Source: Actinomycetota bacterium | Lineage (GTDB): Bacteria > Actinomycetota > Acidimicrobiia > Acidimicrobiales > JACCXE01 | Assembly: GCA_048498715.1 (NCBI GenBank) | Contig: JBEHXL010000006.1 | Location: 45,272-109,271 of the forward strand | Direction: 5' to 3' | DNA length: 64,000 nucleotides | Shown: in pieces, positions 9,590 through 17,455 of the stretch | How positions within the stretch are numbered: position 1 is the first letter of the stretch | How the letters are laid out: every line of letters begins with the position of its first letter | Notes under the pieces: generated by a model | Seen by the model: only the letters and a program-made list of their open reading frames with translations | Databases searched by the model: none | What the model was told of the DNA's origin: nothing | Program-made: the position numbers and the translations under genes

Positions 9590-9605
9590 CCTTCTGATCC
9601 GTAGT
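9557..9605. repeat. distal att copy: 49-bp duplicate of the tRNA-Arg 3' half (not a functional tRNA)
   Basis: cttcagcgcgctcgaagggattcgaacccctaaccttctgatccgtagt is identical at 9557-9605 and 14270-14318. The two flanks diverge immediately outside the repeat. Confidence 0.9.
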
Positions 9606-9750
9606 TCTGACTTGAGCTTGCGCCGCAATTATCCACGAGTGTCCGCGATTGCGCTAGAGCCCGTCGTTGTTGGGGTTTTCGCTTCGGTCGATTGACCGCC
9701 GTTGCGCGTGAGAATCCGGGGTTCTCGCTGTTTGGTTCTCAAATTGGTTC

Positions 9751-10017
9751 TCACGGCGCAACATCGACCTCCGACGTCGCAACGAAGTCGGCGACGCGAG
9801 CTCTTTTCCTACGAGCGATCGTTCGTTGCCTAGGGGTTGCGCCTCCCCACACCCCGTAGATGATCTGGTTTGTGAGCGCGTATTCAAAGCAGTCGGTTGC
9901 AACCGTGCAGCGAGTGCACACGGCTCTTGCAGTTTCGACTTCCGCCCCGCTTTCGTCGAACCAATATTCAACAACCTGGCCCCGGCACGCAGCGCGGGAC
10001 ATCCATCTTTCATTCAT
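9751..10017 (-). CDS. WhiB-like (Wbl) Fe-S transcription factor
   Basis: 88 aa. Cys pattern C-x22-C-x2-C-x5-C (AACRG...AVCTRCTVATDC), GVWGG turn and a basic tail RRKRAR. Confidence 0.8.
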   Translation of the reverse strand: MNERWMSRAACRGQVVEYWFDESGAEVETARAVCTRCTVATDCFEYALTNQIIYGVWGGATPRQRTIARRKRARVADFVATSEVDVAP

Positions 10018-10367
10018 CGAGGTGCCTTATCTGCCGAATGAACCGGGTCCCCTGCGGCATAGCTAGCCGCATCTCGGTCGCTTAACTTTCCATGGCGTCC
10101 CGCGGCGAAGGCTGTGATTAGCTTGAACATGACGAGCGCTCGCGAACGTTTGGAGAAGACGAGCTCGTTTTACGGCTGACCAAGTGCTGACCACCGAGCA
10201 GACCGAAAGCTCAGCGCTCCCAGCCGAACCTGCCTGGGCTTGAAGAATGAGGTCCGGCTCCCGATTTCGGTCAACCCCTCGCTCCAACCTACCTTCCAAA
10301 GGGCTGCGCTTCGTTGAGCAAACTCCGGCATTCTCAAACTTTGACCGAGCTCTTGCAGGTCTGAGCC

Positions 10368-10760
10368 TCAGCCGTTCTGCTCACCCCGGTCAAGACGGTC
10401 CGTAGAATCCAATGATGACGCGGGTTCCTCGTAGCGTCGGGAAAGCGACGCAAGCAGTAAAATGCCGACGAAGCCTAAACCAAGACCGACTGCGACCGCC
10501 GGTACCCACGGCACGTATCCCTGTGCAGCGCCAAGGATCGGCATTGCGGCCAACACCATGACGTACAGCGGATACGCCCACTCGCGCCAGCTAGCGCTGA
10601 CTTCGACTGAATCGGGATCCGTGAACCCTCGGCGGGCGAGTCTCCCCGTAACCAGAACGCCCCGCCACGCGTTGCGTAAAAGCCCACCACTAAATAGGCG
10701 TCTGCCTATCCAACGCGACATCGCCGTACCCCCAGTAATAAAGCGCGAGCGCACCGGCAA
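10368..10760 (-). CDS. small 2-TM membrane protein, candidate immunity protein for the upstream RHS toxin
   Basis: 130 aa, beginning 7 nt after the toxin stop (alternative ATG at 10721). Two hydrophobic helices (YPLYVMVLAAMPILGAA; VAVGLGLGFVGILLLASL). The role is inferred from position only. Confidence 0.5.
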   Translation of the reverse strand: MPVRSRFITGGTAMSRWIGRRLFSGGLLRNAWRGVLVTGRLARRGFTDPDSVEVSASWREWAYPLYVMVLAAMPILGAAQGYVPWVPAVAVGLGLGFVGILLLASLSRRYEEPASSLDSTDRLDRGEQNG

Positions 10761-10766
10761 ATTGTC

Positions 10767-13592
10767 TCAACAGATCGCGTAATCGACCGCGGTCGCACCG
10801 ATCGTGACCTCCTGCGTGAACGCCTTAAGCGCGATGCCCGATGCTCGTGACGCAACACGGCCGCCGTTCTTGGCAAGCCGCTTTAGCGCTGCTCCTGTGA
10901 TCTTACTTGGGCCTTGACCTATCACCACCGTGTGAACAGCCCTCCAACCCTCGCCGTGTCGAGCCTGGTCAGCGGCAGTGAAGTAGCTCCTCGCGCCTAG
11001 AAAGCTCGCGGCCGGACAGATTCGCTTTCGCGCAGCCCGAGCGGCGCCCTGAAGCCCACGCCCCACCGCTTGAGCCAGGTTGAAAGCCACGCGGTACTTC
11101 GCGGGCACGTGAATACAGATGCCAAGACAACGGCCGTCGATATCAAAGCCGTTAATCGGGTCACCCGACACGTAGTCGTAGGAGTTGGCAGATCCGCCGT
11201 CTACTGGATCGCTCTCCAGGAACCTGCCGACTAAGGGGTCGTAAAGGCGAACGCCCATGCGTATGACGCCGAGGGTGGATGCAGCAGTAGATCGCTGCTG
11301 TGAGCCCAGCCATCCGTATCGGCTAGCGGGCGTAACGCCAACGCCATATTCGTCGGCCGCAAGCGCGGCGCTCCATGCCCCATTCGCATCCGAGTTGCCG
11401 ACGATGTCTCCGTGCGCATTGGTGTGTTGATATGTGACAACGCCGTTCACGTCGATAGCCGACAAGCCGCCCCCGATTGTCACGTACGTACGGCTTCCAC
11501 CGGAGCTGCCCGAATGCGGACCGGAGTACGCAGGTGAGTCGCCGGCGTCGTCATAGCCGTAGTCCGTGTCCTGCACCAAGAATCCGGTGTCGTTGGCGTA
11601 CACCTTCCGCCTGAGGACGCGGCCACTCGGATCGAGCGTTTCGTCGATCGTGCGGGTGCCTTCGTCGATAGATGTTGCGTGGTCGTTGGCGTCGTATCCA
11701 AACGTCGCGTATGTGTCGCCGTTCGTGTACGTACCGGTCACCGTGGCTGCGCCACCGTTATAAGTCGACAATCGGATGCGATAAGTCCCCTTCGAAAGAT
11801 TCGATGCGGACAGCGTTGCCGAGTTCGAACCGTAGGTCGGCGTCGCGACCGTGGTTCCGTTGGAGTCCAACAACAGTGGCGTGACCGATGCCAAGTACTG
11901 ATACGGAAAGGACACTGTGTTCGTTCCCGAGGCCATCGAGACCTTGTCGGCTGCCGGATATCGGTAGGTCACTTTGTAGTCACCGGCTGAGGGCGCGGGC
12001 ACTGTGAAGTTGACCGTCCCGGAACTTGTTGTTGGACCACTAGCGATCAGGGCGTTGGTCACCTGGTCTCGCAGTTCCCAGGTCAAGGTGGCGTAGCCCT
12101 TCGTAGCAATGTCGGCCGCAGCCGTCGATGGTTTCCAACCCGCGATCACATGAACCGGTCCCGCGTCATCGGCGTGGAACGCGGCGAACGTTTTCGTCGT
12201 GGCCGAAATCTGCACTGGTGTAGATATGCCGTTTCCGGAACCGGACCCCAGGCTTTCGGTGGTGCGTGACCACGTGTACGACGGCACCGCAACGTTGTTG
12301 GAGTTGTTGCCGACGGTCCAGTACCAGTCGCCGCCGCTGTCCGTCTCGTACGCGCCCTGCGCGACACCGCCCGAAGCCGCCCACGTTTGAACGGTCGTGC
12401 CGCCGGGTTTGTGGAGCTCGAGGGTGACGTCGGCGTAGGAATAGAGGGCGTGGGCTTCATCGATGGTGACGTACGGCGAGCCGAAGGCACCGGCCGTGAC
12501 CCTGATCTCGTAGGAGCCTTGGGGCAGCGATGGAACCGAGATCGAACCACCGGGGACTCCCGGTGTCGTCGGAATCGTTTGTACGAGCGCTCCGCCGGAC
12601 GTGTACAGGCCTGCGGTCATCGAGTCGGTAACCGGATACGTACCGGTCAACGTCCAGGCGCAGCCTGTCGTCGTGGACTTCACGGAAGGCGTAAAGATTG
12701 TCGTTGCCGGCAACACGCCGTTCTGGGTGACGTTGTAGGTCATCGTGACGGTGTTCTTGTTCAGAGCGGTGTCCGTAGCTGCGACCTGGCTGTTGCCAAT
12801 CTTCAAGACGAGGTCGAGCTTTGGCGGCGGGCCGGCGGTGCCGACACCCTGGCAGGCGCCGAGCGACGACTTCCAGGTCAGTGTGAGTTGTATGGGCCCA
12901 TTCGCCGAAGTCGTGAATGACGGTGCGGTTACCGTCGTCGCTGCGCCGACTGTTCCGCTGGCCGAGTAGGGCTGCTGCGTGGTCGCCCAGTTCACGTTGG
13001 CGTGGAACGCTCCGGCAGCGGCGCTTGTAAACGCCTTTGTCAGGGTCGCGCCCGGGTTTAGCGAGCTCGCGTAGGTGGGCTGGTCGACGACCGCAAGGTC
13101 CTGCGGGTACGTGAACGTCGATGACAGATAGGCCGTGCTCGACGGCTTGGGCGTATCTCCAAAGGCGTACCAGTTCGGCTGCGAACGGGGGGTCAGCGAT
13201 CCCGACGACGAGCTAGTCCGCGTCGTTGCATCCGATGACCATGCGATAGTCGCGTTGACCGAACCGCCCGAGCCCACATGCATTGAGGTCTCGTGCGGCG
13301 GGTCGTTCGCCGCGAAGGCGAAGGCGTCGTTGATCGAGGCGGTCGACGATGCGGTGGGCATGCGATACGACGTGAGGTTGCCGTGCAGGTCGTAGATGTA
13401 CTCGGAACCAAAGGGCGAGGCAGTCATGTGATCGGCTCCGTCGTAGGACCACGCACCGTCGCACGAAGTTTGATTCGTGGTGCCGCAACGGTTGGAGTTG
13501 TCGTCGTACGCGTAGTAGCGATTTGACGCGCCATCCTGAACCGAGCAGGAACGCCCACGCGGGCCGCAACGGGTCGCCCTCCTGCCAGTCAA
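10767..13592 (-). CDS. 5'-truncated RHS/YD-repeat polymorphic toxin (orphan cassette) with unassigned C-terminal domain
   Basis: YD motifs (YYAYDDNSNR, YIYDLHGNL, FGYDANDH, YGYDDAGD). RHS core end VRLYDPLVGRFLESDPVDGGSANSYDYVSGDPINGFDIDG, then a 119-aa tail. The first codon of the ORF is a TTG inside integrase-derived sequence, with no signal peptide or credible start. Confidence 0.65.
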   Translation of the reverse strand: MTGRRATRCGPRGRSCSVQDGASNRYYAYDDNSNRCGTTNQTSCDGAWSYDGADHMTASPFGSEYIYDLHGNLTSYRMPTASSTASINDAFAFAANDPPHETSMHVGSGGSVNATIAWSSDATTRTSSSSGSLTPRSQPNWYAFGDTPKPSSTAYLSSTFTYPQDLAVVDQPTYASSLNPGATLTKAFTSAAAGAFHANVNWATTQQPYSASGTVGAATTVTAPSFTTSANGPIQLTLTWKSSLGACQGVGTAGPPPKLDLVLKIGNSQVAATDTALNKNTVTMTYNVTQNGVLPATTIFTPSVKSTTTGCAWTLTGTYPVTDSMTAGLYTSGGALVQTIPTTPGVPGGSISVPSLPQGSYEIRVTAGAFGSPYVTIDEAHALYSYADVTLELHKPGGTTVQTWAASGGVAQGAYETDSGGDWYWTVGNNSNNVAVPSYTWSRTTESLGSGSGNGISTPVQISATTKTFAAFHADDAGPVHVIAGWKPSTAAADIATKGYATLTWELRDQVTNALIASGPTTSSGTVNFTVPAPSAGDYKVTYRYPAADKVSMASGTNTVSFPYQYLASVTPLLLDSNGTTVATPTYGSNSATLSASNLSKGTYRIRLSTYNGGAATVTGTYTNGDTYATFGYDANDHATSIDEGTRTIDETLDPSGRVLRRKVYANDTGFLVQDTDYGYDDAGDSPAYSGPHSGSSGGSRTYVTIGGGLSAIDVNGVVTYQHTNAHGDIVGNSDANGAWSAALAADEYGVGVTPASRYGWLGSQQRSTAASTLGVIRMGVRLYDPLVGRFLESDPVDGGSANSYDYVSGDPINGFDIDGRCLGICIHVPAKYRVAFNLAQAVGRGLQGAARAARKRICPAASFLGARSYFTAADQARHGEGWRAVHTVVIGQGPSKITGAALKRLAKNGGRVASRASGIALKAFTQEVTIGATAVDYAIC

Positions 13593-14160
13593 GGAACGCG
13601 CGCGCCTCCTCAGGCGACCAGTGCCGAGGAATCGAACGCTTCGGGCGCGGACGGGGCGTCGAGGCGACCGGGCTGCGCACCACGATGCCTGACGACACGG
13701 CGAGCCTGAATGCGCCGGCGAGCGGCGCCCGAGCCAGCCGCACCGTGTTCGCCGACAATGGCTTGCCGCGCTTGCTGGCCTTGCCTTCGGTCAGCGCGCG
13801 TTGCCATGCCAGCACGACTTCCGGCGTGACATCGCGGACCCGTTTCTTGCCGAGCAGTGGCCGGACGTACGAGTCAGCCGAGTTCCGGTAGTCGAACCGG
13901 GTCTTCACCGAGAGCCGATCGTCGGCTTCGAGCCCGTCGAGGTAGAGGTCGAGCAACTCGTCGACCGTCAACGCTGAACTCGTGCGAACGGGCTGGCCGT
14001 GTTCGAGGAACTCTCGTCGAGCCCGCGATGCTGCCAACGCAGTCGTGAATCCACGCTTCGTCACCTGCACGCGACGCCTGGTCAACGGATCGGTTCCGAG
14101 CGTCGCTTTGAAGTACCAGCCACCGTTTGCGTCCTGGTAGACGCCGGCATGTTTCGGCAC
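13213..14160 (-). pseudogene. tyrosine integrase remnant (N-terminal arm-binding/SAM-like part only)
   Basis: GTG 14160. VPKHAGVYQDANGGWYFKA...RHWSPEEARAFLDWQEGDPLRPAWAFLLGSG resembles a phage integrase up to about 13541. After that the frame runs out-of-frame through RHS sequence, and no catalytic R..HxxR..Y region is present. Confidence 0.75.
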
Positions 14161-14269
14161 AGATTTGCCTTCCTGATCACCGGTTCAGGAGGCGGATGTT
14201 CTCAATCGGTTCTCACGGAGAGCCTCACGTGAATGCCGATCGCGCCCATCAAGGCGCTGAGCAGGACTT

Positions 14270-14318
14270 CTTCAGCGCGCTCGAAGGGATTCGAACCCCT
14301 AACCTTCTGATCCGTAGT
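14270..14318. repeat. proximal att copy within and just 3' of tRNA-Arg
   Basis: Identical to 9557-9605. Covers 6 nt downstream of the tRNA plus its 3' 43 nt, up to the anticodon loop. Confidence 0.9.
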
Positions 14319-14348
14319 CAGATGCTCTATCCGTTGAGCTACGAGCGC
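14276..14348 (-). tRNA. tRNA-Arg (anticodon ACG)
   Basis: Hand-folded 73 nt: GCGCTCG TA GCTC AACGGATA GAGC A TCTGA CTACGGA TCAGA AGGTT AGGGG TTCGAAT CCCTT CGAGCGC G. CCA is not encoded. Confidence 0.9.
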
Positions 14349-14465
14349 TGGAATTGCGGGTCGCCACTGTAGCGGACAGACCCCGGATCCTCCCAAGGCG
14401 ACCGTATAAATCGGACATCACGGTCTATCCACTCAAGGTTCTCCGGCGTGGGCCGATAGGCCGAC

Positions 14466-16526
14466 ATGCCGGAAATTGTTGGATCTGCGTGCTTGGCGCT
14501 GCGCGGCGTGACCGCCGTGGCGCCGGATGGCACCCGATTGCTGGACGACGTGTCGTTCCAGGCCGAGCGAGGACAACTCGTCTCGGTCGTGGGCCCGACC
14601 GGCGCCGGTAAGACGTCGCTCGCCCGCGTCCTGGCGGGTGGCCTGCCGGTCTCGAGCGGCACTCGCGCCATCGAAGGTTCCGTCGGTTTCGTTCCGCAGC
14701 ACGACACGCTGCACATGGGTCTCACGCTCAAGCGAGCGCTTGCGTACGCCGCGGCGCTGCGCGTCGAAGATCCCGACACTCGTGCTGGACGCGTTGACGC
14801 TGTCATCGCCGAGCTCGGCCTCGAGCGTCACGCCGACACGATCGTGCGCGACCTCTCGGTCGGCCAGCGCAAGCGAGCGACCGTTGCCGCGCAGCTGCTG
14901 AGCGACCCCGACATCCTCGTGCTCGACGAGCCGACCGCCGGCCTCGACCCCGGCTACGAGCGCGTCGTGCGCGACATGCTGCGCTCCCTCGCAAACGCGG
15001 GCCGCACTGTTGTCACCGTCACCCACTCCGTGGACGCCCTGCAGGCCTCGGACCGCGTGCTGTTCCTCGCCGCGGGTGGTTCTGTCGCGTTCTACGGCAC
15101 GCCGAAAGAGGCGGCGAAGTATTTCGGCCTCAAGGACCCGGCCGACGTGTTCCTGGCGCTGGACACCGCGCCGCATCACGTCTGGCAAACCAAGTTTCGA
15201 AACAGCCCCTTGTTCGCGCGCTACCTCGGCAGCGCCGTACAAGGAACTGTTTCCACGCCACGGCCGCGGAGCGGCGGTCGTGGTCTCCTCGCACAAACGA
15301 CGCTTCTGACGAAGCGTCACTTCGAGATGCTGCGTCGTGATCGTCGCCACCTGGCGCTGCTCGCCCTGCAGGCGCCGGTCATCGGCGCGCTGCTGTGGGC
15401 GGTGCTGCCGGCGGGCGGACTGGTTCCGACCCACGCGCGCGAATTCAGTGCCAAGGCTGCGATCGTCGTCATGTTCGTTGTGTTGTCGACGACGTGGCTC
15501 GGCATCACCAATGCGATCCGCGAGGTCGTGAAAGAACAAGCCATCGTCCGTTCCGAAGCGTCGGCCGGAATGTCGGCTCGCTCGTACATCGCGGCGAAAG
15601 CGCTGAGCGTCGGCTCGATCACCGTCGTGCAGTCGGCGATCATCGCGTTGCTGGCGACGGCCCGTCAGGGCGCTCCATCGGGACTCGCACTCGCCGAACT
15701 CACCGTCATAGCCGGTATCAGTGGCCTCGCCGCCGCAACGTTGGGACTGGCCATCTCGGCGTGGGCCAAGTCGGCCGACAAGGCGCTCGCAATCCTGCCC
15801 ATCACCCTGGTGCTGCAGCTCGTGCTCGCCGGCGGTTGGGCCGAAGACGCCCGCATGCCACTGGTCGGTGTGGTCCGCACGCTCATCGGTGCCCGCTGGG
15901 GTATGGCGGCCATGGAAGCCGTCATGCGCGGCAACGTCGGCGACTGGTGGGTCGCCATGACCGCGCTCGTCCTTCTCACCACTGCTTCTCTCGCCGCGGC
16001 TGTGTGGCGCATCCAACATCTCACCCACCCCCACGGTGCGAACTGGTCCGTCCGCACGTCGCTCTCCGGTCTGAGGACCGAGCGGTTGCGCCTGGCGGGT
16101 GCGTGCGCCGCGGTTGCCGCGTCGCTCGTCGCTGGCGGGACGGGTGTGTACTCGTTCGCCACGGCCAAGCCGGCTGCCTCGATCCACGTTGCCTCGGCGC
16201 CGACGCCGACGACGGTCACGCCCGCCCCGGTCGTCACTACGCCGGTCACGATCGCCGTCGCCGCCCCGACCCCGACGACAGCAGCGCCCATCGCGCAGCT
16301 GGCGGCGCCGCCCGTCACGACTCCGAAGCGCACGGTCACGACCGCAGCTCCCGTCGTCGAAGACACGACGCCGGTGTCGATCACCGTGCCGCAGGTTCCC
16401 GTCACAGTTCCGGTGACCACGCCGACGACGGCGCCTCCGACCACGACGCCGACCACGCAACCGGCCAATCCGTGGTCGACGCTGATCAACATCTTCAATC
16501 CCTTCGCTCCGCGGTCCGGTCGATGA
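14466..16526 (+). CDS. fused ABC transporter ATPase + ABC-2-type permease (ABCG-like) with Pro/Thr-rich C-terminal tail
   Basis: Walker A GPTGAGKTS, signature LSVGQRKRATV, Walker B ILVLDEPTAGLD, then about 6 hydrophobic helices. The last ~130 aa are PT-rich. Confidence 0.85.
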   Translation: MPEIVGSACLALRGVTAVAPDGTRLLDDVSFQAERGQLVSVVGPTGAGKTSLARVLAGGLPVSSGTRAIEGSVGFVPQHDTLHMGLTLKRALAYAAALRVEDPDTRAGRVDAVIAELGLERHADTIVRDLSVGQRKRATVAAQLLSDPDILVLDEPTAGLDPGYERVVRDMLRSLANAGRTVVTVTHSVDALQASDRVLFLAAGGSVAFYGTPKEAAKYFGLKDPADVFLALDTAPHHVWQTKFRNSPLFARYLGSAVQGTVSTPRPRSGGRGLLAQTTLLTKRHFEMLRRDRRHLALLALQAPVIGALLWAVLPAGGLVPTHAREFSAKAAIVVMFVVLSTTWLGITNAIREVVKEQAIVRSEASAGMSARSYIAAKALSVGSITVVQSAIIALLATARQGAPSGLALAELTVIAGISGLAAATLGLAISAWAKSADKALAILPITLVLQLVLAGGWAEDARMPLVGVVRTLIGARWGMAAMEAVMRGNVGDWWVAMTALVLLTTASLAAAVWRIQHLTHPHGANWSVRTSLSGLRTERLRLAGACAAVAASLVAGGTGVYSFATAKPAASIHVASAPTPTTVTPAPVVTTPVTIAVAAPTPTTAAPIAQLAAPPVTTPKRTVTTAAPVVEDTTPVSITVPQVPVTVPVTTPTTAPPTTTPTTQPANPWSTLINIFNPFAPRSGR

Positions 16527-17455
16527 ACAAGCGCATGCAGCGAGTGCTGCTCACGTGCGTGGCATCGAACGTGCTGTTCGGGGGTGCCGGTCTGGCGCTG
16601 CTCGAGCACGGGACCGCGACAACTGTCGCTACGGCATCGGGTCGGCCTCAGGGTCGCGCCACCGCAGCGATCGCCGGGCCGACCACCACGGTCGCGACGG
16701 CAACCACTGGCGCTGCTCCAACAACAGCACCGGCGGTAACACACCAAGCAACATCGTCGTCTGTGGGTGGGCACAAAACCACCCGGACGACATCCCCAGC
16801 TGCGGCCGCGGGGGGCGACACGACCGGCATCGCGTCGTCTCCCGCGCCGTCATCTTCGGCTCGCGTCTCGCCCGATCTCGGCTCCTACGGTGTCGACATT
16901 GCGGGTTCCGCGTCGGTTGGCGGACGGGCGCAGCGGGTGCCGACGTCGGGATCGGTGAATTTCAAGTCGTCGGGTGCCAACGTGCGTCAGACGAGCCCCG
17001 ATGCGCCCGGCGACGTCGTGCTGTTGCAACGGTTCACCGGCGACAAGTCCGCGCTTGTGTCGCTCGAACTCACCGCGGGCGACACGCACAAGACCTTCAC
17101 GCCGTCGTCGAACGCCACGTACCTGCTCTATAACTCGCCGAGCGGCACGTCGTGGTCCTGGAGCGCAACGTCGACCGACGGCAAGACGCACGTGAACGCG
17201 TCGGGCCACATCGGCGGGAGCCGGGACTACAACGTCGGCGGCATCGTCGTGCGCACGGTCGAGGTCGTCACCAACCTGCAGATCAGCGGAGACATCACCG
17301 GCAGCGCCGAACTCACAACGTGGGCCTCACCCGAGTACCGGCTACCGATCGTGCAACACCAACACATCGACGCATCGACGCGCGGCTTGCTCGGTCTTTC
17401 CGTGCGACTGCTGAGCGACACGACGACCACGCTGCGCAGCGTCACGCCGAACTAG
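16523..17455 (+). CDS. membrane-anchored/secreted hypothetical protein
   Basis: ATG 16523 overlaps the ABC stop (ATGA). MNKRMQRVLLTCVASNVLFGGAGLALL anchor, an S/T/A/P linker, then a ~190-aa domain with no motif I recognise. The upstream part of the 686-aa track ORF is a shadow frame. Confidence 0.65.
   Translation: MNKRMQRVLLTCVASNVLFGGAGLALLEHGTATTVATASGRPQGRATAAIAGPTTTVATATTGAAPTTAPAVTHQATSSSVGGHKTTRTTSPAAAAGGDTTGIASSPAPSSSARVSPDLGSYGVDIAGSASVGGRAQRVPTSGSVNFKSSGANVRQTSPDAPGDVVLLQRFTGDKSALVSLELTAGDTHKTFTPSSNATYLLYNSPSGTSWSWSATSTDGKTHVNASGHIGGSRDYNVGGIVVRTVEVVTNLQISGDITGSAELTTWASPEYRLPIVQHQHIDASTRGLLGLSVRLLSDTTTTLRSVTPN

Larger units (their letters stand above)
9557..14318 (-). mobile_element. 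decayed integrative element inserted in tRNA-Arg(ACG)
   Basis: Intact tRNA, adjacent integrase fragment, cargo genes and a distal 49-bp tRNA-3' repeat. Non-coding stretches inside count about 55-60% GC versus about 67% outside. Confidence 0.8.

Noticed and set aside
9563-9605. Possible second tRNA-Arg gene
   Set aside because: Only the 3' 43 nt of the tRNA (anticodon loop to acceptor end) are present. There is no D-arm or 5' acceptor strand, so I interpret it as an att repeat.
10063-10299. 78-aa ORF in the non-coding gap of the element
   Set aside because: It has no start context, no motif and an odd composition. It lies in the lower-GC spacer, and the evidence is insufficient to call a gene.
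14433-16460. 675-aa ORF antisense to the ABC transporter gene
   Set aside because: Its composition is dominated by Arg/Gly/Asp runs (RRRRRRRG...). The opposite strand carries unmistakable Walker/signature motifs.
15395-16522. N-terminal two-thirds of the 686-aa plus-strand ORF 15395..17455
   Set aside because: This is an alternative frame of the ABC permease region. Only the part from ATG 16523 has a signal/anchor and normal composition.
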